A model generated the notes under the pieces. It had not been told where the DNA came from. It searched no databases and was given only the letters and a program-made list of their open reading frames with translations. DNA of 64,000 nt, taken from NCBI GenBank assembly GCA_963777955.1, contig CAVZSQ010000022.1:416001-480000 (forward strand). Reading direction: 5' to 3'. Both the position numbers and the translations under genes were made by a program. Positions 21,121-31,789 of the stretch are shown here, one piece after another (positions within the stretch are counted from its first letter, which is position 1; every line of letters starts with the position of its first letter). This DNA is from Calditrichia bacterium (GTDB taxonomy: Bacteria; Calditrichota; Calditrichia; JAJRVZ01).

Positions 21121-21349
21121 TTTGCAATTGGTAATTGGTAATTTTTTATTGTGTTTAAATTGGAAATTTGATTTCAATTTGCGAAACAATAGTTCGAAAA
21201 TTGTTCATCCCCTCCGCTTTGTAATTCATTCAAGGTCAATTTGGAATTTGTATTCTATATTATTTTTATAAATTTGTATAATCATATCGTAATTCATTAA
21301 TTTATGAAGACGTCTAATAACTTAAAACTACTTATAGAATGGAGTGAAT

Positions 21350-22827
21350 ATGTGTAAGCATTTCACTAAATACATTGCTCTTGAGTGCATTATTTCAATT
21401 TTCTTTTCTATTTCAATAATTCAGGCTCAGGTAGACACGCTTATGGACAAAAACGTTTGGGGGAAATATTGAGGAAACTGGTTATTCAGTTCAGCAGATT
21501 TCAGATGGAGGATATATCATAATTGGATATACAGTCCTCATTTGGTGGGGGTGGATGGGATGTCTGGTTGATTAAAACAAATGAAGATGGTGATACCCTC
21601 TGGACAAAAACGTTTGGGGGGAGTGATTATGATAAGGGTTTGTCAGTAAATCAGACTAAAGATGAAGGATATATTATTACTGGATTTACGAGTTCATTCG
21701 GTACTGGTAATTCTGATGTTTGGTTAATTAAAACAAATGCCCATGGTGATACCCTCTGGACAAAAACATTCGGGGGGAGTGGTTACGAACATGGTTATTC
21801 AGTTCAGCAGGATTCGGATGGAGGATACATTATAACTGGATATACATCCTCATTCGGTGCTGGTGACGATGATGTTTGGCTAATTAAAACAAATACCTCT
21901 GGTGATACACTTTGGACAAAAACATTTGGGGGAAATAGTGATGATTATAGTTATTCGGTCAGACAGACCAAAGATGATGGATATATCATAACCGGATATA
22001 CACATTCATTTGGCGCCGGCGCCGATGATATTTGGCTGATCAAAACAAATACCTATGGTGATACCCTTTGGACCAAAACATTTGGGGGGAGTGATTATGA
22101 TGTTGCATTATCAGTCCAGCAAACCAGTGATGAAGGATACATTATAACTGGACGTAAAGATTTAGTTGCCGATGGCAATGGTGATGTTTGGTTAATTAAA
22201 ACAAATTCATATGGCGATACTCTATGGACTAAGACCTACGGGGGACGAGGGATTATGATATGGCATATTCAGTTCAACAAACTTTTGACAAAGGATACAT
22301 AGTGGCAGGAACAACCTGTTCATTTGGTGCGAATATCCAAGATATATGGTTGATTAAAACAAATACTGATGGCGATACCATTTGGACAAAAACTTTTGTA
22401 GGAAGTGGTGCGAATGTTGCATTTTCAGTCCAACAGACTACAGACGAAGGATATATTATTACTGGATGGACAACTTCGTTTGATAATGGTAACGGTGATA
22501 TTTGGTTAATTAAAACTACAGCGGATGCTACAATAGTTAAAAAAAATAGTAACAATATTCTTTCAGATTACAAATTGTTCCAAAATTTCCCAAATCCATT
22601 TAATCCGAAGACAACCTTTAAATATTCTATTTCAAAATCAGATGAAGTGACGATTTCTAGTATATTCTATTTCTGGTCAGATTATTGAATCAAAAACTAT
22701 GAATTTAAATCCAGGTGACTATAGTTATGAATTTAATGGGACCAAATATTCTAGTGGTATATACTTTTATAAGATTTCGACTTTGTCGGGTTTTACTGCA
22801 GAACGAAAAATGGTGTTGTTGAAGTAA
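21350..22827 (+). CDS. Copy 3 of the repeat/CTD protein, a few frameshifts
   Basis: ORFs 21523-22302 and 22260-22688 carry the same repeats and [11 protein letters not shown]. Ends with RKMVLLK at 22827. Confidence 0.8.
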
Positions 22828-23045
22828 TTTGTAACTGGTAACTGGTAATTAGTAATTTTTTTTATTGGTATTATTTAGAACGTTAGTAAAAATACTATTG
22901 AAGTTTCATATTTATTCTAAAACTAATAGTTCGAAAATTATTCAATCCACCCCCAGTTCTTAAAATTCCAAATCCCAAGTACCAAATCCCAAATCCAACT
23001 TGCAACACGAATTTGAGAGGCTCAGGCAGCAAGTCATTGAATTAT

Positions 23046-23230
23046 GGATTCATCCCGCAAGGATGAATATTTGTAGTAAAAGCAATGCCCATATTTGAAG
23101 TTCGATGCCGAAGGTATTGCACACCTTCTGTTTTAGAAAGAGATAAATATTGTTCGAACCCTACGGGGTCGCAAAAATTATATACGGGAATATTTTGATA
23201 TAAACATTTGATGCCTACGGCATCAGATCC
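23046..23230. repeat. REPIN-like cluster of four short hairpins arranged as nested inverted pairs
   Basis: CATCC-cgcaa-GGATG-aatatttgtag ... GATGCC-gaa-GGTAT ... AACCC-tac-GGGGT ... tataaacattt-GATGCC-tac-GGCATC. The same unit occurs inverted at 60600-60630. Confidence 0.7.
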
Positions 23231-23273
23231 GCAACATAAATGTCGCGGGTACCCATCAGTTGGTTCATTCTTG

Positions 23274-23368
23274 ACTCTCCCCAAGCCCCTCCCTGTTCGC
23301 CTCCTGGCGAACAGGGAGGGGTGGGGGTGGGTTACTAAGGTACTCAGGTACTCAGGAACTAAGGTACT
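23274..23368. repeat. CCCCTCCCT palindrome (copy 2) plus AGGTACTC 8-mer array abutting the peptidase stop codon
   Basis: CCCCTCCCTGTTCGCC-TCCT-GGCGAACAGGGAGGGG then taaggtactc aggtactc aggaacta aggtact. Confidence 0.8.
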
Positions 23369-24740
23369 ATAACCCATACTCACTTAATAAATACACCAGC
23401 GTCGCCATCGCCGCCGTGCCCAGTTCAAGTTCACGCGGATGCACTTCGGCCAGGACGTCATTGGCCGAATGGTGAAAATCAAAATAACGCTGGCTGTCGG
23501 GAACATACCCGATACGCGCCTTGGCCTGTTTGATTTTACCTACATCGGCGCCGCTGCCGCCTTTACGCACCCAATCAATACCGCACAGATCAAAAACATC
23601 CTGCCAACCCTGGATCTTGAGCAAAGTCAGGGAATCGGCATCGACACTGAAACCCCGCGGAGTCAGCACACCGCGGTCGGATTCTATAACGGCCAGATGA
23701 TTAAGTTTCAGGGAATCGCTCCGGGCCGCATAAGTTTTCGCCCCGGTCTGATGCTGTTCTTCATCTATAAACAATACACAGCGAATGGTGCGTTTGGGCT
23801 TGATCTGAAGTTTCTTGAAAAGGTACAGAACTTCCATGGCCTGGACACAACCGCCGCCGTCATCATGGGCACCACAACTCAGATCCCAGGAATCAATATG
23901 CGCACCGACCAGGATGATCTCATGCGGAAATGTACTGCCAGTTATCTCCCCGATCACATTGTATGAAGTAGTGTCGGGTTCCGGTCTGCAAGACAAATTC
24001 ATGGTCAATTCAAGTTTGGGATCTTTATGCAGTGCCGAACTCAAAAAATCGGCATCGATTTGACCGATGGCCGCTGCCGGTATACGGATACCGCCATCCT
24101 CATAATAAGTCACACCGGTGTGCGGATTATTATCATATTTTGAAGTCACCGAACGGACCAGAACTGCAACTGCACCGAGTTTCCCCGCCCGGGCTGCTCC
24201 GCGGCCGCGCTGATCAACCGCCTGGCCATACGATTCATGGGGATTCAGCCTGCCCGGGTCGAACGGGCGATTGTAAAATACAATTTTCCCCTGAACCTGA
24301 AGGCCGAGGCTATCTACTTCAGCCAGACTTTTAACTTCAACTACAGGAGCAGTAACACCGGCAGAGCCGGTACCTATGCTGCCGCCCAGAGCGGCAATGG
24401 CCAGGTTTTTCTGTTTACAACAGGAAGACCGGCTGATCAGAAGTCGCTCGGCGTTCCCCTTTTCCAATTAGGCGCAAGAACCGGCTGCAAACTGACAGAA
24501 TCGGCGCCAAAATCCTGCATCATCTTTTTTGCCCAGGAGATAGCCTGCAGAGATTTTGTTGATCCGCACAATCGCGGACCGATAGCACATAATTCTTTCA
24601 GCCAGACGATATCCCTGCCGGTCCGTCAAAGCAGTCCTGACAAATGCTCTGGCTATATTTTTTTGCTGTTCTATATCCGGCTGAGCGACAGCGGCAGAAT
24701 AAAGTACCAGCCAGCAGAGAAAAATGATCTTCCAAGGCAT
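23367..24740 (-). CDS. M28 family metallopeptidase (carboxypeptidase Q-like, PA domain), frameshifted near 24470-24600
   Basis: Signal peptide ORF 24468-24740 plus the main ORF with GAHIDSWD, GAHDDGGG, DEEQ, ESDRG and HHSAND. Confidence 0.87.
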
Positions 24741-25080
24741 AAACCATCCGCCAATTAAATTATACTTTTAAATTAATTATTTTAAAAATAAATACGGAAC
24801 TTAATATAGAAAATTCGATATTCAAAATACCAGATTATTTACTTTTAAACTCATATTTTTGTCCTTACAGGCAGGAGCGATCAACAACTCAATGTACAGT
24901 CAAGGAAAAACCTTACTTCGCAAATCGTATAAAAAAACATTTATTTTTAGGGATTTTTATTCTAATTTTGCAAAACCTCTGAACACCTTTGAATAATTTT
25001 AATTCAAATACCCAGACGAGGTTTAATCTGGCTGTGATTCTGATCAGGCAGTTTACAATAATAAATAATCATAATAATGA

Positions 25081-26160
25081 ATGACAGGTGAAATGAGTAA
25101 CGTATCAGCACGAATCAAACTTGAAGACGGGACTGAATTACATGGTTTCTCTTTTGGGGCCGAACAAAGTGTAAGCGGTGAAGTCGTATTCAATACCGGC
25201 ATGGTTGGTTATCCCGAGGCCCTGACCGATCCTTCTTACCGGGGACAAATATTGATCCTGACTTATCCGCTTATCGGTAATTATGGTATACCCAATGAAG
25301 ACCGTGAAAATGGTCTTTTGAAAAATTTTGAGTCTGACCGGATTCAGGTGTCCGGGTTGATAGTATGTGATTATACCGACGAAGTGTATCATTACAGTGC
25401 GGTAAAAACTTTATCAACCTGGTTCAAAGAGCAGGGCAAACCGGCTTTGTCTGGGATCGATACACGCTTGCTCACCAAAAAGTTGCGTTCCGAGGGCACG
25501 ATGCTGGGTAAGATCGTGTTCGGGACGGAAGACAAACTTGTGTTTGAAGATCCCAATAAGCGCAATCTGGTTGCTGAAGTCAGTGTCAAAGAACCGGTCG
25601 AATACCACAAGGGCAAGAAAAAGGTGATTTTGGTCGATTGCGGAGTCAAAAATAATATTATTCAATCTTTCCTGCGGCGCAATATCAGCGTAATCCGGGT
25701 ACCCTGGAATTATGATTTTGGTAAAGTGAAAGCGGATGGAGTGGTTATATCAAATGGTCCGGGCGATCCGCAGACCTGCCGGCAGACCATTGAAAATTTA
25801 AAACAGACTATGACCCAGAACCGGCCTATACTCGGAATCTGTCTGGGTTCGCAGATCCTGGGTCTGGCCTGCGGGGCCAGGACTTATAAACTCAAATATG
25901 GACATCGCAGTCATAATCAACCCTGCAATGAAATGGGTACTAAACGCTGTTATATTACCAGCCAGAATCATGGCTATGCTATCGACAGTAAAACTTTGCC
26001 GCAGGACTGGCGTGAATGGTTTTATAATGATAATGACGGTACCAATGAAGGTCTGCTGCATATTGCAAAACCATTCTTCGGCGCCCAATTTCATCCGGAA
26101 GCCTCACCCGGACCGGATGATACCGAGTTCATGTTTGATATGTTCGTGAGAACATTGTAG
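25081..26160 (+). CDS. carA: Carbamoyl-phosphate synthase small subunit
   Basis: GEVVFNTGMVGYPEALTDPSY, SNGPGDP, GICLG, SQNHGY, QFHPEASPGP. Confidence 0.97.
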   Translation: MTGEMSNVSARIKLEDGTELHGFSFGAEQSVSGEVVFNTGMVGYPEALTDPSYRGQILILTYPLIGNYGIPNEDRENGLLKNFESDRIQVSGLIVCDYTDEVYHYSAVKTLSTWFKEQGKPALSGIDTRLLTKKLRSEGTMLGKIVFGTEDKLVFEDPNKRNLVAEVSVKEPVEYHKGKKKVILVDCGVKNNIIQSFLRRNISVIRVPWNYDFGKVKADGVVISNGPGDPQTCRQTIENLKQTMTQNRPILGICLGSQILGLACGARTYKLKYGHRSHNQPCNEMGTKRCYITSQNHGYAIDSKTLPQDWREWFYNDNDGTNEGLLHIAKPFFGAQFHPEASPGPDDTEFMFDMFVRTL

Positions 26161-26163
26161 CAC

Positions 26164-26202
26164 ACACCACCTCCGAGGTTATTAGAACCTCGGAGGTGGT
26201 GT
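26164..26202. repeat. REP-like palindrome CCACCTCCGAGGTT-N5-AACCTCGGAGGTGG (copy 1)
   Basis: Perfect 17-bp stem between carA and carB. A near-identical copy is at 63888-63920. Confidence 0.85.
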
Positions 26203-26227
26203 ACCAGAACAGCGTAAAGGACACATA

Positions 26228-29200
26228 ATGATCAAACGCATTAATCCAGACAAGGTCCTAATTTTAGGTTCAGGGGCATTACAGATCGGACAGGCCGGAG
26301 AATTTGATTATTCCGGCAGCCAGGCCATTAAGGCTTTAAAAGAAGATAAAATCACCACTGTTTTGATTAATCCAAATATTGCCACGATTCAAACCTCAGA
26401 AAATTTTGCCGATGAGGTCTATTTTTTACCGCTCACTCCATATTTCGTCGAAAAAGTCATTGAAGCCGAAAAGCCCGATGGGATTCTGCTTGGTTTCGGC
26501 GGCCAGACCGCGCTTAATGTAGGAGTCGAATTACATCGCAGCAAAGTGTTGGAGCGGCACGGTGTCAAAGTGTTAGGCACTCCGGTTGAAACGATCCAGA
26601 ATACCGAGGACCGTGACCTTTTTGTCAGGCGGACCACCGAAATCGGATTAAAAGTGCCGGTCAGTAAGAGTGTGGCCACGGTCGAAGAAGCGATCGCCGC
26701 TGCCGATCAGATTGGTTATCCGGTGATGCTGCGGATCGCCTATGCACTGGGTGGATTAGGTTCGGGTATCGTACAGAACCGGGAAGAGTTGATTGAAAAA
26801 ACCCGGCGGGCGTTTTCTTTCACCAAGCAAATCCTGGTGGAAGAATCCCTTTATGGCTGGAAAGAAATTGAATATGAAATTGTACGGGATTGCCATGATA
26901 ACTGTATCTCCATCTGTTCTATGGAAAATGTGGATCCCATGGGCATCCATACCGGTGACAGCATTGTGGTGGCTCCGGTACAAACCCTGACGGCCCGGGA
27001 AAATTTCAATCTGCGTTCCATAGGTATCAAACTGATCCGGCATCTCGGTATCGTCGGCGAATGTAATATACAGTTTGCCCTGCACCCGGATTCCGAAGAT
27101 TACCGCATCATTGAAGTAAATGCCCGGCTCAGCCGCAGTTCGGCCCTGGCCTCCAAAGCCAGCGGTTATCCGCTGGCCTTCCTGGCGACGAAACTGGCTC
27201 TGGGTTATGCCTTGAATGAAGTTCAGAACATCATCACCCAGGTCACCTCGGCCTGTTTCGAACCGGCCCTGGATTACATCGTGGTAAAATACCCGCGCTG
27301 GGATCTGCAGAAATTCAACCAGGTCAGTACCGAACTGGGTTCGGAAATGAAATCGGTCGGCGAAGTGATGTCTATCGGCAGAAGTTTTGAAGAGGCATTT
27401 CAAAAAGCAATCCGCATGCTGGATATCGGTGCCGAAGGTTTCAGCGGGCATAAACTGGAATTCAGTGATCTGGACAAATCTGTCGCTGTAGCCAGCGATA
27501 AAAGAATTTTCGCCATCGCTAATGCTCTGAAAAATGGGTATTCCGTAAAACGGATTCAGGAGCTCTCAAAAATCGACGGCTGGTTTCTGTCTAAAATGAA
27601 AAAAATTATAGATGTTGAAAATCTACTGAGCCGGCAGCAACTCGATACGGTTTCAGCGGATCTGCTGCGCCAGGCAAAACAAGCCGGCTTTTCCGACAAG
27701 CAGATGGCTGCTTTGTTCATGGCCGATGAACGGGATGTCCGGCTGCGGCGAAAGAATCTTGGGGTAATCCCGTATGTCAAGCAGATTGACACGCTGGCGG
27801 CCGAATATCCGGCCAGGACCAACTATTTATATCTTACCTATCACGCTAGCGAAGATGATCTGCAGTTTAATCAGCAGCAACAGATTGTGGTGCTGGGCGG
27901 GGGGCCCTATCGTATCGGTTCCTCGGTTGAATTTGACTGGTGTTGTGTGAACTCCGTTCTGACCTTGAATAAACTGGATTATAAAACGATCATGGTTAAT
28001 TGCAATCCGGAAACGGTCAGTACCGATTATGATATTTGCGATAAACTGTACTTTGAAGAAATCAGCCTGGAAAGGGTGCTGGATATATATGATAAGGAGC
28101 AGCCGCTGGGTTTAATTATCTCCATGGGCGGGCAGATACCCAATAATCTGGCTCTGAAACTTCACCGCTATCAGATCCCCATTCTGGGGACATCTCCGCT
28201 ACAGATTGACAATGCTGAAGATCGGAATAAATTTTCCAGTATTCTGGATAGATTGGAAATTGACCAGCCGGAATGGCGTGAATTCACCGATCTCAGCGAA
28301 GCAGAAAAATTTGCCAATCGTGTCGGTTATCCCGTACTGATCCGTCCCAGTTACGTGCTGAGCGGTGCGGCCATGAATGTGGTGATTTCATCGGAACAGT
28401 TGCATGCCTTCTTACAGCAGGCTGCCGAAATCAACCAGGAACATCCGGTGGTGATCAGTAAATTCATCACCGAGGCCAGGGAAATAGAGATCGACGCGGT
28501 GGCCAGCCAGGGTGAGATGGTCTGTTATGCCATCAGTGAACATGTGGAAAATGCCGGTGTACATTCCGGCGATGCGACCATGGTGTACCCGCCCCAGCGG
28601 ACCTATCTGGAGACCATGCGCCGGGTTAAGATGATCGCCAAACAAATTGCCCGGATCCTGGAAATTTCCGGTCCGTTCAATATGCAATTTATCGCCAAAG
28701 ATAATGACGTGAAGGTCATCGAATGCAATTTACGGGCCTCGCGCAGTTTCCCCTTTGTTTCTAAAGTGACAAAAAATAATTTTATAGATTTCGCCACGCG
28801 GGCCATCATGGATAAACAGATTCCGAAAACCGAAATCGCTCCGTTTGACCTGGAACATGTGGGTGTAAAATCCCCGCAGTTTTCATTTACACGTCTGAAG
28901 GGATCGGATCCGGTACTGGGTGTGGAAATGGCCTCTACCGGTGAAGTCGCCTGTCTGGGTGATGATTTCGAAGAAGCCTTTTTGAAGAGTCTGATGGCAA
29001 TCGGTTTTGCCATACCCAAAAAATCGATTCTGTTATCTACAGGTTCTCTGCGTAATAAGGCGGCTTTCCTGGAAGAAACGCGAATTCTGGCCGGTATGGG
29101 ATTTGTCTTCTATGCCACCGAAGGTACGGCAAAATTTATGGAAAAGAACGACCTGCTGGTTACGACTCTGAACTGGCCCCTGGAGAAAAAAGAACCGAAT

Positions 29201-29422
29201 GCTCTGACCTATATAGCCGATGGCAAAATCGATCTGGTCATCAATATTCCCAAAAGCGCGGAGCGCAGTGAGTTGACCAACGGTTATCTGATCCGGCGTC
29301 AAGCAATCGATCATAACATCCCGCTGATCACCAATTTGCAATTAGCCAGGCGCCTGGTCAAAGCCATGCAATCGAAGAAATTGGTGGATTTGAAAATAAA
29401 AAGCTGGGAACAATATGATTGA
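26228..29422 (+). CDS. carB: Carbamoyl-phosphate synthase large subunit
   Basis: IGQAGEFDYSGSQA, two ATP-grasp halves, IGSSVEFDWC, RPSYVLSG, C-terminal MGS domain; 1064 aa. Confidence 0.98.
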   Translation: MIKRINPDKVLILGSGALQIGQAGEFDYSGSQAIKALKEDKITTVLINPNIATIQTSENFADEVYFLPLTPYFVEKVIEAEKPDGILLGFGGQTALNVGVELHRSKVLERHGVKVLGTPVETIQNTEDRDLFVRRTTEIGLKVPVSKSVATVEEAIAAADQIGYPVMLRIAYALGGLGSGIVQNREELIEKTRRAFSFTKQILVEESLYGWKEIEYEIVRDCHDNCISICSMENVDPMGIHTGDSIVVAPVQTLTARENFNLRSIGIKLIRHLGIVGECNIQFALHPDSEDYRIIEVNARLSRSSALASKASGYPLAFLATKLALGYALNEVQNIITQVTSACFEPALDYIVVKYPRWDLQKFNQVSTELGSEMKSVGEVMSIGRSFEEAFQKAIRMLDIGAEGFSGHKLEFSDLDKSVAVASDKRIFAIANALKNGYSVKRIQELSKIDGWFLSKMKKIIDVENLLSRQQLDTVSADLLRQAKQAGFSDKQMAALFMADERDVRLRRKNLGVIPYVKQIDTLAAEYPARTNYLYLTYHASEDDLQFNQQQQIVVLGGGPYRIGSSVEFDWCCVNSVLTLNKLDYKTIMVNCNPETVSTDYDICDKLYFEEISLERVLDIYDKEQPLGLIISMGGQIPNNLALKLHRYQIPILGTSPLQIDNAEDRNKFSSILDRLEIDQPEWREFTDLSEAEKFANRVGYPVLIRPSYVLSGAAMNVVISSEQLHAFLQQAAEINQEHPVVISKFITEAREIEIDAVASQGEMVCYAISEHVENAGVHSGDATMVYPPQRTYLETMRRVKMIAKQIARILEISGPFNMQFIAKDNDVKVIECNLRASRSFPFVSKVTKNNFIDFATRAIMDKQIPKTEIAPFDLEHVGVKSPQFSFTRLKGSDPVLGVEMASTGEVACLGDDFEEAFLKSLMAIGFAIPKKSILLSTGSLRNKAAFLEETRILAGMGFVFYATEGTAKFMEKNDLLVTTLNWPLEKKEPNALTYIADGKIDLVINIPKSAERSELTNGYLIRRQAIDHNIPLITNLQLARRLVKAMQSKKLVDLKIKSWEQYD

Positions 29423-29436
29423 GTGATACGGGAGTC

Positions 29437-30867
29437 ATGCACAGGTACAAAAATCTAAGTTTCCCGATCAAAATAATTATCACGGTTATGCTGACTTTAT
29501 TCACGTCAGCCGCGCTCTATACACTCTCGCTCTTTCCGCAAAATGGATATCTGTCTTTAGTTGCTTTTGTCATAATATTTTTAAACCTGGCAGCGATCTT
29601 CAATCTTCAGGATTTTAAAATCTATACTAAAATTTTTCTTGGTCTGGGCCTGGGTGTGTTGGCGGGATTGCTGGTTGGGCAGCATATCGAACTTTTTTAT
29701 CCGGTCGGACGAATTTTTATTACCCTGATCAAAATGATCGTGGTTCCGCTGGTGTTCGCATCCCTGCTGGTAGGTACGGCCAGTATCAGCGATATTAAAA
29801 AACTGGGCCGCATCGGTTTGCGTACGCTGATTTTCTATCTGCTCTCCACGATACTGGCGGTTACAATCGGTCTATTGTTTGCAAATATATTCAGGCCCGG
29901 CAGCAATATAACACCTGAAGTTCAAAGTCAATTATTGCAGAACTACCGGCAGGAAGCAGCCGGTGAAATTTCCATATCTGCTGTAAAACCTCCGCTGCTG
30001 GAAACCATCTTGAATACCATTCCTGAGAATCCGGTTCGTGCCCTGGCTGACGGCAACATGCTGCAAATAATTTTTTTCGCATTGATCAGCGGTATTGCTG
30101 TGACCAGTCTGGCTGAAGATAAAAAACAGATCCTGGTAAAATTTTTCGAGGGTATCAACGATATTGCCATCAATCTGGTCCAGCTGATCATGAACTTTGC
30201 TCCTTATGGAGTTTTCGCACTGATTTCATTTGTAATCGGCAAGTATGGTTCGGCAATGATAGTGACCTTATTGAGCTACTTTTTAATAACCCTCCTGGCC
30301 TTGACCTTTCATCAGGTTCTTTTTAACAGTGCGGTAATCCGCTTTTTGACTCCCATGAAAGTGCAGGAATTCTGGCGTGGCATTTATCCCGCTTTGCTGG
30401 TATCCTTCTCCACCAGTTCCAGTAATGCCGCCCTGCCGGTGAGCATCGAGTGTGCCGAAAAAAGTCTGCGGGTCACACCCGAAATCGCCAGTTTTGTATT
30501 GCCCCTGGGGGCGACGGTCAATCAGCATGGTACCGCTATATACCAGGGTATCACTGCCGTGTTCATCGCTGCGGTTTATGGCATAAATTTAACGATGGTT
30601 GACCAGGTGACTATTATAATTACCGCCACGCTGGCTTCACTGGGTACCGCTGGAGCACCCCAGGCCGGGGTGATTATGCTGACCATGGTTTTACAGAGTG
30701 TAGGCATTCCCCTGGAAGGCATTGCTTTAATTCTGGGAGTAGAACGATTCCTGGATATGGCCAGGACAGTGGTTAATACTACCGGAGACATTTCCTGCGC
30801 CTGTTATATCGATTATAAAGAACGTGTTAAGGGGATTAATCATCATGAAAATCAAATTATCGTTTAA
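29437..30867 (+). CDS. Dicarboxylate/amino acid:cation symporter (DAACS, GltP-like)
   Basis: KMIVVPLVF, NMLQIIFFA, FSTSSSNAALP, LPLGATVNQHGT, ERFLDMARTVVNTTGD. GGGAG RBS before ATG 29437. Confidence 0.92.
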   Translation: MHRYKNLSFPIKIIITVMLTLFTSAALYTLSLFPQNGYLSLVAFVIIFLNLAAIFNLQDFKIYTKIFLGLGLGVLAGLLVGQHIELFYPVGRIFITLIKMIVVPLVFASLLVGTASISDIKKLGRIGLRTLIFYLLSTILAVTIGLLFANIFRPGSNITPEVQSQLLQNYRQEAAGEISISAVKPPLLETILNTIPENPVRALADGNMLQIIFFALISGIAVTSLAEDKKQILVKFFEGINDIAINLVQLIMNFAPYGVFALISFVIGKYGSAMIVTLLSYFLITLLALTFHQVLFNSAVIRFLTPMKVQEFWRGIYPALLVSFSTSSSNAALPVSIECAEKSLRVTPEIASFVLPLGATVNQHGTAIYQGITAVFIAAVYGINLTMVDQVTIIITATLASLGTAGAPQAGVIMLTMVLQSVGIPLEGIALILGVERFLDMARTVVNTTGDISCACYIDYKERVKGINHHENQIIV

Positions 30868-31684
30868 TGAAGCATTAAATGCACTGATTTCCCAGAAGTC
30901 AACTTATCTGTGCATCGGCCTGGATCCGGACATAGATCATATTCCGGCGCACCTGAAGTATGAAAAAAATCCGCTTGACCTGTTTGTGCGTGAAATAGTG
31001 GAGGCAACCCAGGATCTGGTGGTGGCCTACAAAGCCAATCTGGCCTTTTATGAATGCGAAGAGTTTAACGGTTGGGAAGCTCTCAAAAATTTGTGTTTTA
31101 TGCGGCCGGATAACGTATTATTGATTCTGGATGGTAAACGCGGTGATATTGCCAATACCGCGCGAAAATATGCTGCCACTTATTTTGATTTACTCGGCGC
31201 CGATGCTGTCACCCTGCATCCATATATGGGCTATGATTCGCTTGAGCCATTTATAAAAAAACCGGACAAGGGCGCTTTTGTCCTGGCCTTAACGAGCAAT
31301 GAGGGAGCCGCAGATTTTCAACATCTGCAAATTGGGACGGCCTCCCTGCATCAACATATTGCCCGTAAAGTGGAAAGCTGGAATGTACATAATAATTGCG
31401 GACTGGTAGTCGGAGCGACTGACATCGAGGGTTTAAAAATTTTGCGGCGCATGATTCCCCAGTTGCCTTTTCTGGTGCCCGGGGTTGGCGCGCAGGGTGC
31501 CAATCTCAAAGAGGCAATAAAATATGGCCGCAATCAAAACGGGACCGGTTTGCTGATCAATGTCGGCCGGGATATCATCTATGCCGGTCAGGAAAAGGAT
31601 TTTGCCAGGAAAGTAAGAGAGCAGGCGCTGAAGTACAGTCGTGAAATGGCGGAGTTGATGCGTACCAGTTGGGATTATATTTGA
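30845..31684 (+). CDS. pyrF: Orotidine 5'-phosphate decarboxylase (subfamily 2)
   Basis: LCIGLDP, DGKRGDIANT, PYMGYD, GLVVGAT, LVPGVGAQG. Confidence 0.95.
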   Translation: MKIKLSFNEALNALISQKSTYLCIGLDPDIDHIPAHLKYEKNPLDLFVREIVEATQDLVVAYKANLAFYECEEFNGWEALKNLCFMRPDNVLLILDGKRGDIANTARKYAATYFDLLGADAVTLHPYMGYDSLEPFIKKPDKGAFVLALTSNEGAADFQHLQIGTASLHQHIARKVESWNVHNNCGLVVGATDIEGLKILRRMIPQLPFLVPGVGAQGANLKEAIKYGRNQNGTGLLINVGRDIIYAGQEKDFARKVREQALKYSREMAELMRTSWDYI

Positions 31685-31789
31685 TAAATAAACTTGTTTT
31701 AATGGCTGTAGTTTATTATTAATTAATAAAGTCGGGCGCGGCGGAAGAGCTTTCCTGGAGTTGATAGTATTTTAACGAATGCTGAGGGC

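Noticed and set aside
17870..22827. Diversity-generating retroelement acting on the paralogous repeat genes, given the bAvd-like fold at 52629
   Set aside because: No reverse transcriptase in the window, no near-identical TR/VR pair, and differences between copies are not visibly adenine-specific.
23042..23383. 113-aa - strand ORF after the M28 peptidase
   Set aside because: Composed entirely of palindromic and octamer repeat DNA, with no protein-like features.
24741..25080. PyrR attenuator before carA
   Set aside because: Only a weak CCAGA/TCTGG hairpin. No AGTCC-NGNGAGGYT-like PyrR loop or terminator/antiterminator pair is recognisable.
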